Part shown: positions 37,401 to 49,689 of the stretch, piece by piece | How positions within the stretch are numbered: the first letter of the stretch is position 1 | Layout: each line of letters opens with the position of its first letter | Assembly: GCF_021028975.2 (NCBI RefSeq) | Contig: NC_059429.1 | Coordinates: 138,446,001 to 138,510,000 of the forward strand | Direction of reading: 5' to 3' | DNA: 64,000 bases | Source: Sphaerodactylus townsendi | Lineage: Eukaryota | The notes under the pieces: generated by a model | The model's input: only the letters and a program-made list of their open reading frames with translations | The model's database searches: none | What the model was told of the DNA's origin: nothing | Position numbers and translations under genes: made by a program

Positions 37401-38650
37401 CCCCCTCCCTGAGGGAACGCCCAGTGTTCTAGAGCCACCCCTGCCAGCAGGGACTACCTGTTGGGTTCTGTCCAGGTCCTCGTGCCCGTTTCCCAAGGGG
37501 GGGGGCTCTGGGTTGGGGGCTGCCTGCTCTGACATGACTTTTGTCTCCCCACCAGAGCCCAACGTTGAGAGTCCCCTGAACATAGATGCGGCAGAGCTCT
37601 GGAAGGACCAAACAGGTGGGTTTATCGGGGGGGGGGGCATTAACTGCAGGAGCACTGATACATTTGGGGAGGGGTGTCAGCCTGCTGGGCAGATGAGCCC
37701 CTCAGTTGCCCACTAGAAGCAGAGAGCCAGGGGCTGGAGAAGAAGTCTCAAGTCCCGCTGTCCCAGGTCTTCCGGAAGATCCCAGCTCGATGGCACTCTA
37801 GACCCCCCCACACCCCATACAAGCCAGAGTGGCTTTGGGAGGCTATTTCGGGTGCAAGCGGTTGGGGTGCCTGTTGCTCTCCCTGGTACTGTCGGGGGGG
37901 GGGCAGATGGGGGGCCAGTGGTGTTGCAAGTAGAGCCTTGAACAAGGATCCAGTAGTGCCGGGTTCAAATCCCCAGTTGGCTACGGAAGCTTGCTCGGTG
38001 ACCTTGGGCCAATGGCGCACTCTCAGCCTGCCCTACCTCTCAGGGTTGGTGCAAGGATAAGTTGGAAGACAGGAGAACGACAGGAGCTGCTTTGAGACCC
38101 TGTTAGTGTGGAAAGCAAGGGATACGTGAGAGAATTGGCCTCGACCCAGAGCAGGGCCTTTTCGGTCCTGGCCCCGGCTTGGTGGAACAGCCTCCCAGAG
38201 GAGATCAGGGCCCTGCAGGGCCTCGTGAAGTTCCGCAGGACCTGTAAAACGGAACTGTTCCGCCAAGTATTTAACTGAGGCCTGACCTGATATTACCATC
38301 TGTCACCTACGATTATGTATCATCACGCCACAGATGGTTCCTGCATTCAGGAATTTTAATTAGATTTTAATTTAGCTGAATTATATAAATCTTAGTTATT
38401 GGGTTTAGCAACTGTACTTGATTTCAAATTACGGGTAGTCACCTCCGAGTCAGTTTTACTGTATTCCTTTTTATAAATCGCCCTGAGCCAACTTGGGAGG
38501 GGTGATGAAGACATTCGATGAATAAAAGGTGAAATAGGCGTGGGCACCGTCTGGGTCAGTGTCCAGCTGAGCTGCCTGATTCCTCCCACAGCCTACAAGA
38601 AACGTCTTCACGAATCCTACGCGAAGCACGTGAAAAGCCAGGATCCCTGA
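34444..38650 (+). CDS. UBE2C: Ubiquitin-conjugating enzyme E2 C, 6 exons
   Basis: Exons 34444-34541, 34649-34676, 34810-34896, 35684-35888, 37556-37615, 38592-38650. [34 protein letters not shown]; catalytic [22 protein letters not shown] at 38786. Confidence 0.98.
36083..36300. mobile_element. hAT-Tip100-like MITE
   Basis: TAGG.TGACCAG..GTCCCG start and ATGGCAA.CCC end, typical of Tip100-type termini. Confidence 0.5.
36561..37176 (+). mobile_element. CR1 LINE 3' fragment in UBE2C intron 4
   Basis: [33 protein letters not shown]. Confidence 0.9.
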
Positions 38651-39981
38651 TTGGGGTCGCCCGCGGTCTCCTTCCTCGTCGTGTCTGTTGCCTTTTGCTG
38701 TCCCTGTTTGTGCTGACTAAGAATTTCACGTTGTATTATAAGTTTTTAATTTTATTTGGTGCTGCCTCTTGCTGTTGAATGTATAAATAAACGTGTGGTG
38801 TTTTCTAACGTGAGGCCCGTCCCCTTTTGCACTACAATCTGGCCTGCACTGAAACCCAGGAGAGTGGGAGGGGGGTTTCCACACATCCCCTTCCTGCAGC
38901 TCTCCTTTCCTTCGTTGGGTTTCTGCCCGGGAGTGTTGGCTGGTGGACTTAGAAATTGCAGATGTGGTCTTGTAAGACCCCCCGACCCCCTTTGCTAGGG
39001 CTTGGGAGTGGCCCCGAATCGCTTGCTTGCTTCGTACACCCTGCCGGGCTTTCACCCGAGTGGTGGCACGCTCCGACCAGTTTGCCAGCTTCTCTTCTCC
39101 CCCTTTGCCAAGTGTGAGCGTGTCCTTTGCGAGGGAGGGGTCTCCAGAACTGGCAAGGCAGAATCTTTGGCCTCTGCAGCCATCTGCACAAGCCCTCAAG
39201 ATGCCAGTGCATTGGCGGGGGGGGGGGGGGTTGGCCAAACTTGACTGGGGCTGTTGCAGAGGTCTTCCTCCTCCCTGCTGCAAAGAACAGGATGGCAAAG
39301 GTCAGCAGAGACGAGTTTGGGACCCGCAAGGGACCTGCCAGGGCCTTCAATTACCCACACAGTGTGGTGTGGTGGTTAAGACCAGGTGGACTCTAATCTG
39401 GAGAACTGGGTTTGATTCCCCTCTGAGACACATGAAGCCTGCTGGATGACCTTGGACTAGTCATAGTTCTCTCAGAACTCTCTCAGCCCCACCTGCTTCA
39501 CTCGGGGAGAGGAAGGGAAGCAGTTTGTAAGCCGCTTTGAAATTCCCTATGGTTGAGAAAAGTGCGGTATAAATCCAAACTCCTGTTCCTTCACCTAAAG
39601 GTAAAAGGGGCGCGCCCACGCACGCACCCACAGGCTCCCGAACTGTCAGGGAGGCAGAGGTGGCCTTGAAGATAGGGCTGGTAGTCCCGTTGCTGCCGGC
39701 AAAGCCATTCTGCTTCCATCCTGCCCCCGCCCCCCAGACCCGGGATGCTGCAGCTGCGCCCCCAACCCCGTGAAAGCTGCCTCGCTCCACCAGTTCCAGT
39801 CCATTGCTCTTTATTGAAGTGTTCATGAACAGGTTTGCAGAAGGAAGGGAGTCCTCAGAGGACCTGAAATGGCCCCTCCGATCTGGAGCCAGCTGGAACG
39901 GAAGCAGGGAATCTTGGGAGCGGGCAGGCTGGCTGGCGTGACCGGGCACTGCCGCCTCTCTTGCAGGAATGTCCAGGCGCT

Positions 39982-42900
39982 CTACTGCACACCCTCCATC
40001 ATCTTCAGGAACTCTGCAGAGAGAGAAGCCGCGTTAGTCCCACAGCCGGGGGGCGCACAACCAGTGGTGGGATTCAGCAGGTTGTTAAAATGGTGCTTGT
40101 AAACAACTAGGTGTTAAATTATTTGAATCCTGCCTCCGGAACCAGAGGTTAGATTATTTCAGGGGTCTGCAACCTGCGGCTCTCCAGATGTTCGTGGACT
40201 GCACCCTTTCACATCCTGCAGGTGAGCTTTCACCTCCTGCAGGTGAGCTCCCAAGGGCACCTGGTGGGCCACTGCGAGTAGCAGAGAGCTGGACTAGATG
40301 GACTCTGGTCTGATCCAGCTGGCTTGTTCTTATGTTCTTACGATTCCCATCAGCCCCTGCCACCATGGCCAATTGTAGTCCATGAACATCTGGAGAGCTG
40401 CAGGTTGCAGCCCCCTGGATCATTTGAATCCCACCACTGCCCACAAGCAAGTGAACATGGGTGCCATGCGCTGAACTTCCACAGAGCCCTGTGGATAAAA
40501 GGGAATGATTGGCGCACATTGGGTTTGCAAGCTAGAGTGCCCTCCGTTCACTGTTGATGTGTGATCCCATTGGACCAACGGAGCCCTCCTGGGCCATCCG
40601 AGTCCAGACATTCTGTAATGGGAGACATTTTCCAGTAACTGGGCAGGAGGGGGGTGGGTGGTCATGGCTTCTCCCAGCAGTTAAGAGTTTGCTCCTCATT
40701 CGTTTCTCCTCAAGAAGAGGTGGAGTCTCCTTCTTTGGAGGCTGGGTGGCCATCTGTCAGGAGTGCTTTGATGGTGTGTTCCTGCAGGGCACTGGGGGGT
40801 TGGGCTTGATGGCCCCTTGTGGGGGTCTGAAAAGCTCCTATGGTTCCTGAGGATGCTGCCACCAAATGCGTCAGCTGAGAGTGCATCTTTGGAGTCGCTT
40901 AGATGCAGGAGGGCCAGAGGGCCGGCCAGGCCAACCTTGCCGCACCGTCAAAGTCAATCCGGCCGTCGTTGTTTTTGTCCCCGTCCTTCATGAGCCAGTC
41001 GACTTCCTCCTCGGTGACGCTCTCGCCAGATTGCCGGAAAATCTCAATCAGCTCCTCGGCATCCAGGTAGCCGTCTGCATTCCTGGGGGGGAGGGAGGGG
41101 GCACCGTGAGGAGAAAGGTCCCAATGTCTCATGGGCTTTAGAAGAAGAAGAAGAGTTTGGATTTATATCCCCCCTTTCTCTCCTACAGGAGACTCAAAGG
41201 GGCTGACAATCTCCTTGCCCTTCCCCCCTCACAACAAACACCCTATGAGGTGGGTGGGGCTGAGAGAGCTCCGAGAAGCTGTGACTAGCCCAAGGTCACC
41301 CAGCTGGCGTGTGTGGGAGCGCACAGGCTAATCTGAATTCCCTAGATCAGCCTCCACAGCTCAGGCGGCAGAGCTGGGAATCAAACCCGGTTCCTCCAGA
41401 TTAGATACACGAGCTCTTAACCTCCTACGCCACTGCCACAGGCAAACTTTCGGCCTGTGGAAGAAGCGGTGTCTGAAGGCCTCTGCAGAAACATTCGGCA
41501 TCTCTGGAGCTGGGCCAGCCCTTCTCGCATCCCAGTAGACCAGGATCGGATCACAGAAGCGTCTGGCTGCCTCTGGCACATCTCCTGCTTCTTGAAGCGG
41601 GGGGGGGGGGGGGGCTCTAAACGTCCTGTTCCCAAAAGGAGGAGCCAGTGCCCCCCCCTTCCCCCAGAGTCAGGCCTCACCTGTCAAAGATGCGGAAGCA
41701 CTCGGCCAGCTCTTCCTCGGACTTTCCTTTGGCATCCTCTTTCATCTGGCGCACCATCATGACCAGGAACTCTTCGAAGTCGATGGTGCCGCTGCCTGCA
41801 GGGAGGGGTCGGGCCAGGTGGTCAGGCACTGCCCTCTCCCGCTTTCGGGCAGTTTCCTCCCCCCCCCTCCAGGGCCGTGATGCCACCCCCACCTCTTACC
41901 ATCCTCGTCCACCTCTTCTATGATGGCGTCCAGCTCCTCCTTGGTGGGTGTCTGGCCCAGCATCCTCATGACGGTGCCCAATTCCTTGGTGCTGATGTCG
42001 CCCCCTCCGTCAGCATCAAACATGTCGAAAGCGGCTTTGAACTCTGCAATGGACGCGGGACAAGGAGTGGGGGGTTACGGGGGGGCAGCTGAAGGGGGCC
42101 CCTGTCAGGTTGCGAGACTGAAGTCAACTTCAGACATGGTGTGTAGTGTTAAGAGCAGGTGGATTCTAATCTGGAGATTCCCCACTCCTCCACCTGAGTG
42201 GTGGAGGCTTATCTGGTGAACCAGATGTGTTTCTGCACTCCTACGTTCCTGCTGGGTGACCTTGGGTCAAGCACAGTTCTCTCTGAACTCTCTCAGTCCC
42301 ACCCACCTTACAGGGTGTTTGTTGGGAGGGGGGAGGAAGGGAAAGGAGCTTGTAAGCTGCCTCGAGTCTCCTTACAGGAGAGAAAGGGGGGAGTATAAAT
42401 CCAAATTCTTCTTCTTCTTCTTCTTCTTCATCATTATTGCTGGCTTTGCGAAAGCCAGTTCTGAGCACACTTGCAATTGCCCCTGTCTTTATCCCCACTC
42501 AGCAACTACAACCCCCCCCCCCCCCACCTCCCTTTTCCTGGGCAATGTTAAGAAAGATCCAGCAGAAAGAGAGAGCTGTTGGGGAGGCGAACATCTTCAG
42601 GGCTAGCGCAGGAGGAAGATCAGCCTTGGGAGTGGGGGTGCTGCTGCCATTACAGGAGGAACGCTCCCCAACTGCCATTGGACTGGCCTGGACCACCAGC
42701 CGGGGGGGAGGGAGGGGGGAGGAGGGGTCAAGTGGCCGGATCCAGAAATCCACGGGCCCAAAAGGGTCACGCCCCAAGTGCTCCCAGCCATCCCCCACCA
42801 CTCCGCTGCCCGTCTCCTGCAGACTCAGGGTGGCTCCAGAGGCCCTGCGGAAGTTGGAGTGTCATACATTCCAGGTGGCTGGGACACGCCTTGCCCTTAA

Positions 42901-44659
42901 ACTCACCCACCAGTGTTTCCTATAGAGGAAGGACCGGGCTTCTGCCTGCTGGTCCGTCTGCAAGGGAAGGAAAGACGGGGGTCACCGCGAGGCCAGCTCC
43001 AGGCCCACCGGGCCAGCCGGCCACCCCAGCGCCCCTCTGCTCTCGCTGCACGCACAAGATCGTGCCTGTCCATCCTCTACCCCCCCCACCCTTCCCACAC
43101 AGGTGACTGCTGCTACAGGTAGCCCCCCCCCTTCCAAGAGGGGTGCAGCCCCTCCCGCAGAATGGACAGCTCCTCTCCAGACCACAGAAATTCAGCTCCT
43201 CTGGGGGGAATGGCTGTTTTGGAGGGTGGGACATCATATCCCTCTCTCCCCAGCTCCACCCCCAAACCTTCAGGAATGTCCCGAACCAGTGTTGGGGTCC
43301 TCAGGGTCCAGGTGAGGGAGGTGTGGTGGGAACTCTGAGCAGGCACCCTGACTTTGCTGGGGAAGATGGTGCTGCCTCCAGCACGAGGAACTGAACACCC
43401 ACCCACGCAAACACACGTTTCTCGTGGCAGGCCTGGCTCTCTCCACCCCACTGCCAACCCCCACCCCACTGCCAACCCCCACCCCCCAAAAAACCACCCC
43501 ACATGAAACTGCCTCATACTGGAAAAGACGCCAGCCCATCAAAGTCACTGGGCACAAGTGGCCGTCCAGAGACTCAAGAAGAGAGACGTCTTTCCCCGTC
43601 TGGCCCTTTTAAAAGGAGATGTCGGGGACTGATCATGGGGAGCAGGTGCTCTGCCTCCGAGCCACAATCCTGCTCCAAGTCTCCTGCAGGCGAGACCCCC
43701 TCAGCCACGGTGGCAGGAGGAGGAGGAGGAGGAAGGCCTTTGCCCGTGGCCGGAATCTCCAGGTGGGCCGGGGGGCTCATGGTCCCTCCGTGGCCCTTCT
43801 TACCTTCTCCTCCATGGCCAAAGATCCAGGGGTTTCTCTTTAACAGGACACCACCGGGCACACAGACCCATTTCCAGCTGCAGGCTGGTGGGCTTCTGCA
43901 GAGTCTTTGACAGCTTCCAAATTATGGACTATGCCATGTGCCAATTATCCTCCTTCTAGCACAGGTGCATGGTGAGTGGCCGGCCGCCAGCTGCCCCAGC
44001 ACCTGTCGCTACCAGATCGAGTTACTTCTTCAAGTGGGGGCCCAGAGTCGGGCCAGGAAGGCTGCAGGCGGATTCTTGTGACCAGCGACTCAGTTTTCTG
44101 CTAAGCCGGCTCCTTGGTGTCCTTGGCTGGGCTCCGGCCCAATCCGGCACCTCCCTCCCTCCCTCCCGAGTAGCGCTTCTCCCCTGCTCTGGGGAGGCCA
44201 GCTTGAGAATAGCAGGTCGGTGTCAGCAGTCCCACCAAAAGCTGCGTCGCCTCGTGCAACCCCCAGCCCAGCTCTGCAATTCCCAGGGACCCCCCCTCCC
44301 CACGCAAGCACATATATAAAGCCATCCTCCCACACTCAGTCCTTGAGCAATCCCACCGGCAGCAGCCACAGCTCTCGCAGCAGCAGCAACAGCCGCCGCC
44401 CTCTGCCTTCCAGAACACCAGCACCAGCAGCGGCTCTGCCCACGGGGGCCTCCCACGGACAGCCTTTGCCAGAGCACACCTGCTGCTCCCTCCGTTTTCT
44501 CGCCACGCCACCCATTCCAGGGCCGGCCGGAGTCAGACGCAGCCGACCCGTCCCTCTCGCCACCGGGCCAGGGGCCCCTTTGGCATCTGGCCAGCAGGCC
44601 ATCCCAGTGACCCTCTCCAGAGCCCGGCGGCAGCCCTGGTCGTGCCTAGCGCTTACCAT
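39982..44659 (-). CDS. TNNC2: Troponin C, fast skeletal muscle, 6 exons
   Basis: Exons 44659-44657 (ATG|gtaagc), 42957-42907 ([11 protein letters not shown].., 1 nt short), 42043-41900, 41795-41681, 41082-40946, 40013-39982. EF-hands [36 protein letters not shown]; ends [10 protein letters not shown]. Minus-strand AATAAA at 39810-39815. Confidence 0.97.
40062..40439. mobile_element. hAT fragment containing a MITE (40160-40417) that contains a CR1 tail (~40205-40340)
   Basis: Termini CAGTGGTGGGATTC/GAATCCCACCACTG; MITE TSD GATTATTT/GATCATTT. Confidence 0.7.
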
Positions 44660-45350
44660 GTTGGCAGGCTACGCCCCGCAAGGACCCCCAGAGGAAAGCA
44701 CCACCGCTCAAATCCCACGGGTGTCCAGAGCGTCTCCGCTGCCCCTTCCAGCCCATTTGTACTCGGCCCCCCTCCCGGGCGCAGGCATCACGAGAGGCCA
44801 CCCTCCGAAGGGCCAATCGCCGCCTCCCTGGCCCCTCCATTGGTCAATGGGGCATTTGGCCAAATTTAGCCTGGCCATTCCTGGCTGCATCCTGCAGCAG
44901 GAACAAAGGTTGGTGTGGTGCAGGGGGGGTGTGTGTGAGGATGAGCAAGTCCGAGAGAGAAGCCAGAGGAGGGGGCCCGGGGGCCCAGGGCGGCCTCCTC
45001 GGAGAGATGGGCAGGGGCAGGCAAGGAATTCAAGCCGGGATGGGCTGGGCAGGGTCAGCCTTGGCCCTCACGTCCCACACCAAATGGCGAGCCCTTAAGA
45101 GTAGGGGGCTGCCGAGGACAGTCTTTGCTGCCAACTCACCCTCTGGAAGAGTTGGGGGGGGAGAAACTCCTAGGTACTTAGAAGTGCAGGGAGCTGTTTG
45201 TTCCACCCCTTTTAGAAGCTTCCTACTCGACCCCTTTTCTTGGGGCTCAGCAACAGGTTATGGAGCCCACGCCGCAGGGCTTGTTGGCAGTGGGATCCGG
45301 TTCCCTCTGAGTTGAGACCACCTCATGGGTGAGAAGAATTACCCCCACAT

Positions 45351-45383
<33 letters not shown>

Positions 45384-45534
45384 CATTTCCTCTGCCCCAC
45401 AAGAGACACTCTGACCAGCAAGCGACAAGAGAACAGCCCCGAGTGGGAGCAAAGCCAGAAAGTGGCCGGGGGGGGGGGAGGGGGATGAAGGGGGCAGAGC
45501 CTTTGGAAGGAGTACGACCCCCCCACACATACAC

Positions 45535-45750
45535 ACACACCTGAGGCCAAGGAATGGCTGTGCCTCTGCCTCACCTGGGAGGAAAGGCAGGCAAGGGCGG
45601 GGCTGCCCCCTGGCTGGGAGTTTTGCTCCCCAGAGGGCAGGGGGAGGGCCTTGATGGATGGCAGCAGGTGCCCCTCTTCTTCTTCCTCCTATTAATAGGC
45701 ATTTCGGAGGAGGCTGCTGAGGCGGCCACCGGGCATCTCTAAATAAGGCA
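45535..45750. promoter_or_regulatory. Candidate muscle enhancer upstream of TNNC2 (MEF2 site and E-boxes)
   Basis: CTATTAATAG at 45689-45698 fits YTA(A/T)4TAR; E-boxes CACCTG at 45538 and 45572 and CAGGTG at 45665; ~1 kb 5' of the TNNC2 ATG. Confidence 0.55.
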
Positions 45751-46208
45751 GAGAAGTGACTGGCGGGGGGGGGGGAGGGAAAGCTCCCCTCCCTTCCCCT
45801 CCCTTCCCCTCCCTTCCTCCAAACCTGGAATGTCACCAGTCTTATTGGGGGGGCAACAAAGCAGTCCTAGCAAAAAGGGGGGGCCACAAACCCAAGGGAA
45901 GGGATTCCCCCTCAGTCCCGCAGTTGTGGTTAAAATGTTCCCATGTTTTCAGTCCCCCACCCCAGACCTCGGGCCCTGCGCAGCCGCCCTTATTTACTCG
46001 TTCAGATATTCATAGCTGGGCTTTCCCACCCCGGTGGGTCTCGCAGGAGTTCTCAACATCGTCTCCCTCGTCGCAACGTGATTCTTACAACAAGCGTATG
46101 AGGTGGGCTGAGCTGAGGCTCACCCAACATGGGTCTGAATCTGGGGTCTCTAGGATCTAAGGACCCAGAAGTCTTCCCACCCAAATATTTTTAGGCCCAC
46201 AGTTCACT

Positions 46209-46209
<1 letters not shown>

Positions 46210-46255
<46 letters not shown>
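46210..46255. repeat. (GA)n microsatellite
   Basis: Directly visible. Confidence 0.95.
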
Positions 46256-46258
<3 letters not shown>

Positions 46259-46917
46259 GTGTATGTGTGTTTGGGGGGGCAGGGAGAGAGAATCCAGTAT
46301 CCGGTTCTAGGATCCACATGCTAGGCAGAGATCTGGCTTGTGAAGAAGCCGCCGGCAAGAAAGAACAATCCATGGTGAGGAAAATGCACTCTGCACATGC
46401 TCACATGCCCCAGTCCAATGTTGATCATATGTTCAAGAGCTGACTCTGAGCTTTTGTCAGACTTGGCCTCCTGGCCCCAAAGTCACACTGCCGGCACGTG
46501 CTGTTCTCTGTGGATGTTAGTTATCCTTTCTGTTTCAATTGCTGCTCTTTGCACCCTAGTGAAGGTGGGGAAATCCAAGGAAGCGGGAAAGTTGGAGATA
46601 AATGCACCTGCGGGGGCGGGGGGGCTTCAGCTCTGGCTTCCTGCCGCTCAGGTCCCGACACAGTTCAATAAAGCTCTTCGTGAACCATTCTTGAGTCTCA
46701 GTTATTGACTGGAGTAGCAGAGCCTTAAAGCTTTCCAAGCCACTATTGGAGCCAAATCCTCTCCTTGGCACTGTGTGTGAATGGAAATGGGCGGAATTTG
46801 CTTGCTCCTGCTTTTACATGCAAGGCACAAGCAGCATGTACTGAACGTTTCCTCCGGGGCCAGAGAAACACACAGTGGTCAGATGGCCCCTGAGTGACCA
46901 AGCCACAGTCTGGCAAC

Positions 46918-47638
46918 TGATAGCGGAGTCAGAAGTGATTTATTCCATTTCTGATCTTGCTTTTAAATAAAGATGGAACTATGCTTTATTTCTGTGTAAG
47001 TTAGGTAGGAACAGACTGTATTAGGTAGAAAGTAGGAATTATAGCTATCTTTTGTATTTGCATCTGCATGGAACCTCCTTGGCTCCAGTGAGGTCATACG
47101 TTGCTCCACAAGGCTCATGTCCCTTTCATTTGTAAAAACCCTGAATGGACGGTGACAAAGGAGACCCCGTCTGCCTAATCCCATCGACAGGCAGATAAGG
47201 GTGCCGTCGTCATTAGGTTTCGTTTCCTGACCCCACGCACCCAAAGGACTCTTTTGTGCTCTTCCCACCAGTGCCTACGTCATCGCCTCGCCCTGCCTTC
47301 GGCGCAAAACTCAAGAAGGGACTGCCCAATGGACTCTAATTGGTTCCCATGTACTTGTAAGTGTATGATTGGTTGTCATGTATTCTGTGAATGAATGGTT
47401 GTGGGCTGTCCTGTATTCCCCCCGACTCCGGGCAGGAGAAAGGGTATTTAAGATGTTGTAAAGCTGCTAGGCAGCGCAGTTGCCGTGGTGTGGAGGTGCT
47501 GACACGTAGGTCAGCATCTCAATAAACTCATTTTTATTTCTTAATATTCTCGCTGTGTTGGGTCCTGTTTCTGTTCCTCTGCGCTGCCGAGAGCTGGCCG
47601 TTCTGGGGAAATAAAGTTACCCAGGCAGCGCGGTAACA
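46918..47638 (+). mobile_element. Solo ERV-like LTR (721 bp)
   Basis: TGATAGCG...CGGTAACA termini, 4-bp TSD CAAC, CCAAT boxes, TATTTAA at ~47445, AATAAA at 47521. Confidence 0.8.
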
Positions 47639-48399
47639 CAACCACGGCTCCAGGATCCACCATGCTAAGTTCCCAGAACTGTGAGGGCTGCAGGGAGTAG
47701 AGGGGGGGGCAGGGAGGGAGGGAAGAGAGAAGACAGATCTTGAGAGGGGGCCGCTGTGAAGGTTACTGACGGTATCTGCAGAGTGACGGGGGGCGGGGGC
47801 AACCCCAATTAAGTCAATGGGCTGGCAAAAGAAACCCCCTGAGCAGCGCCTGGGAGCAGCTGGGCCCCTTCCCCGTGTCTCTCTGTGGGAACTGCAGGAC
47901 TTCGAGACCCCGTGCTGAGCTCAGAGATACAGAAAACTGAACCGTCTCTCTGTTGTTTCAGGTGGAAACACTTCGGGCCACAGAAGCAGCGGAGGCATCA
48001 TCAAGAATGTGATGGGTTGCTGTTGGGGGGGCGGCGGGGGGGGGGGTCCTCTGTCTGGAGAAAGAACCGTCCACGGCTCTCAGGTTTCCAAACTCTGGGC
48101 CTGGATCCCTGCAGCTGAGGGGCATGGAAGCACATTCCTTTGCACCGCTGCTGCTGCTGCCAAGGACAGGGTTGTGCTCAGTCATACCCCCAAAGGCGTT
48201 AGGAGGACGTCATGTTTCCTGTGAAGGCGGGGCAGCAGGGGGCAGGGGCAGAGGGGCTACCTGGCAGGCTCTGGAGACTCCGGGGAGACCCTGAGCCAGG
48301 CTGACCTGGGGAGCCCCGAGCAGCAGTGTGTATTTGTGCGCTTGTCACAGATATTTGCCCCACAGATATCTGCCCCATACAAGCAGAGAGAGCATAGAT

Positions 48400-48889
48400 C
48401 AGTGATGGCGAACCTTTTCGAGACCGAGTGGCCAAACTGCAACCCCAAACCCACTTATTTATCGCAAAGGGCCAACACGGCCATTTAACCTGAATACTGA
48501 GGTTTTAGTTTAGAAAAACCGGTTGGCTCCAAGGCGCGTATTACTCAGGAGTAAGTTTGGTGGTAGCCGGTGACTTTGCTTTGAAGCAACCGTGCAACGC
48601 TTCGAATGGGTGAATCACAACCCTAGGAGAGTTTAGAAGCAAGCCCCATTGCCAGCAACCGAGCTTTCTCCCAAGTAAAGGATTGTGCTTTAGTACTTCC
48701 CATGAAAATCAGTGGGGTTTAACAGCACTTAACAGGGTTACCTACACGTCGTGTCCAGCAGCCCAGGCCGGCCTAGATGTGGGGGGTGCAATTTTCCGGC
48801 CCCTACATGATGAACCCTGTGCACGCGTGCCCACAGAGAGGGCTCTGAGTGCCACCTCTGGCACCCGTGCCATAGGTTCGCCACCACTG
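48400..48889. mobile_element. Non-autonomous hAT (Charlie-like) element
   Basis: TSD GCATAGAT; reverse-complement sister of 14089-14526. Confidence 0.85.
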
Positions 48890-49689
48890 GCATAGATGGC
48901 AAAGAGGCAGTCCCATAAGCGGGCCACCCAACTGTTCAGGTACTTTGGGTCTAGATCAGGGGTAGGGAACCTGCGGCTCTCCAGATGTTCAGGAACTACA
49001 ATTCCCATCAGCCCCTACCAGCATGGCCAATTGCCCATGCTGATAGAGGCTGATGGGAATTGTAGTTCCTGAACATCTGGAGAGCCGCAGGTTCCCTACC
49101 CCTGGTCTAGATTCAAAGGTTTCCGTAGCCTTTTCCAGATATGAGCTTTCAGGTGTCAAAGGGCTCAGGTGAAGGCAGCTCTGACTCTTGAAAGCTGATG
49201 TGGCGGAGGTTTTTAAACAGAGGCTGGATGAACGTATGTCGGGAGTGCTTTGACCGTGTGTTCCTGCATGGCACTGGGGGGTTGGACTGGAGAGCCCTGG
49301 TGGGGGTCTCTTCCAACTCTGTGATTCTATATCCTAAGAAGCTCTTGTTAGCTGCTAAGATCTGGACCCCCCCCTCCCCCCGGAGCCTTGGAGGAACACT
49401 TCAGCAGGGGGGGGGGCTTCTTGCGAGGGAAGAGCGGCCCCCAAAACTGGAAGGATCCTAACTGGAGTCTAAAAAAATACTTTGGACAACACTGAATTGG
49501 CCCCCCCGATCCCCTCTTTGGCTAGCTGGCACATCACCAGGCAAGAAATGAACAGGAGGAGGGGGAGGGGGAGGAGGAGTTTGGATTTATATCCCCCCCC
49601 CTTTTCTCAGCAGAGGCGTAGGAGGCGAAGAGCTCGTGTATCTAATCTGGAGGAACTGGGTTTGATTCCCCGCTCTGCCGCCCACAGGC

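Noticed and set aside
44310-44320. TATATAAA as the TNNC2 TATA box
   Set aside because: It lies inside intron 1, downstream of the ATG exon at 44657-44659.
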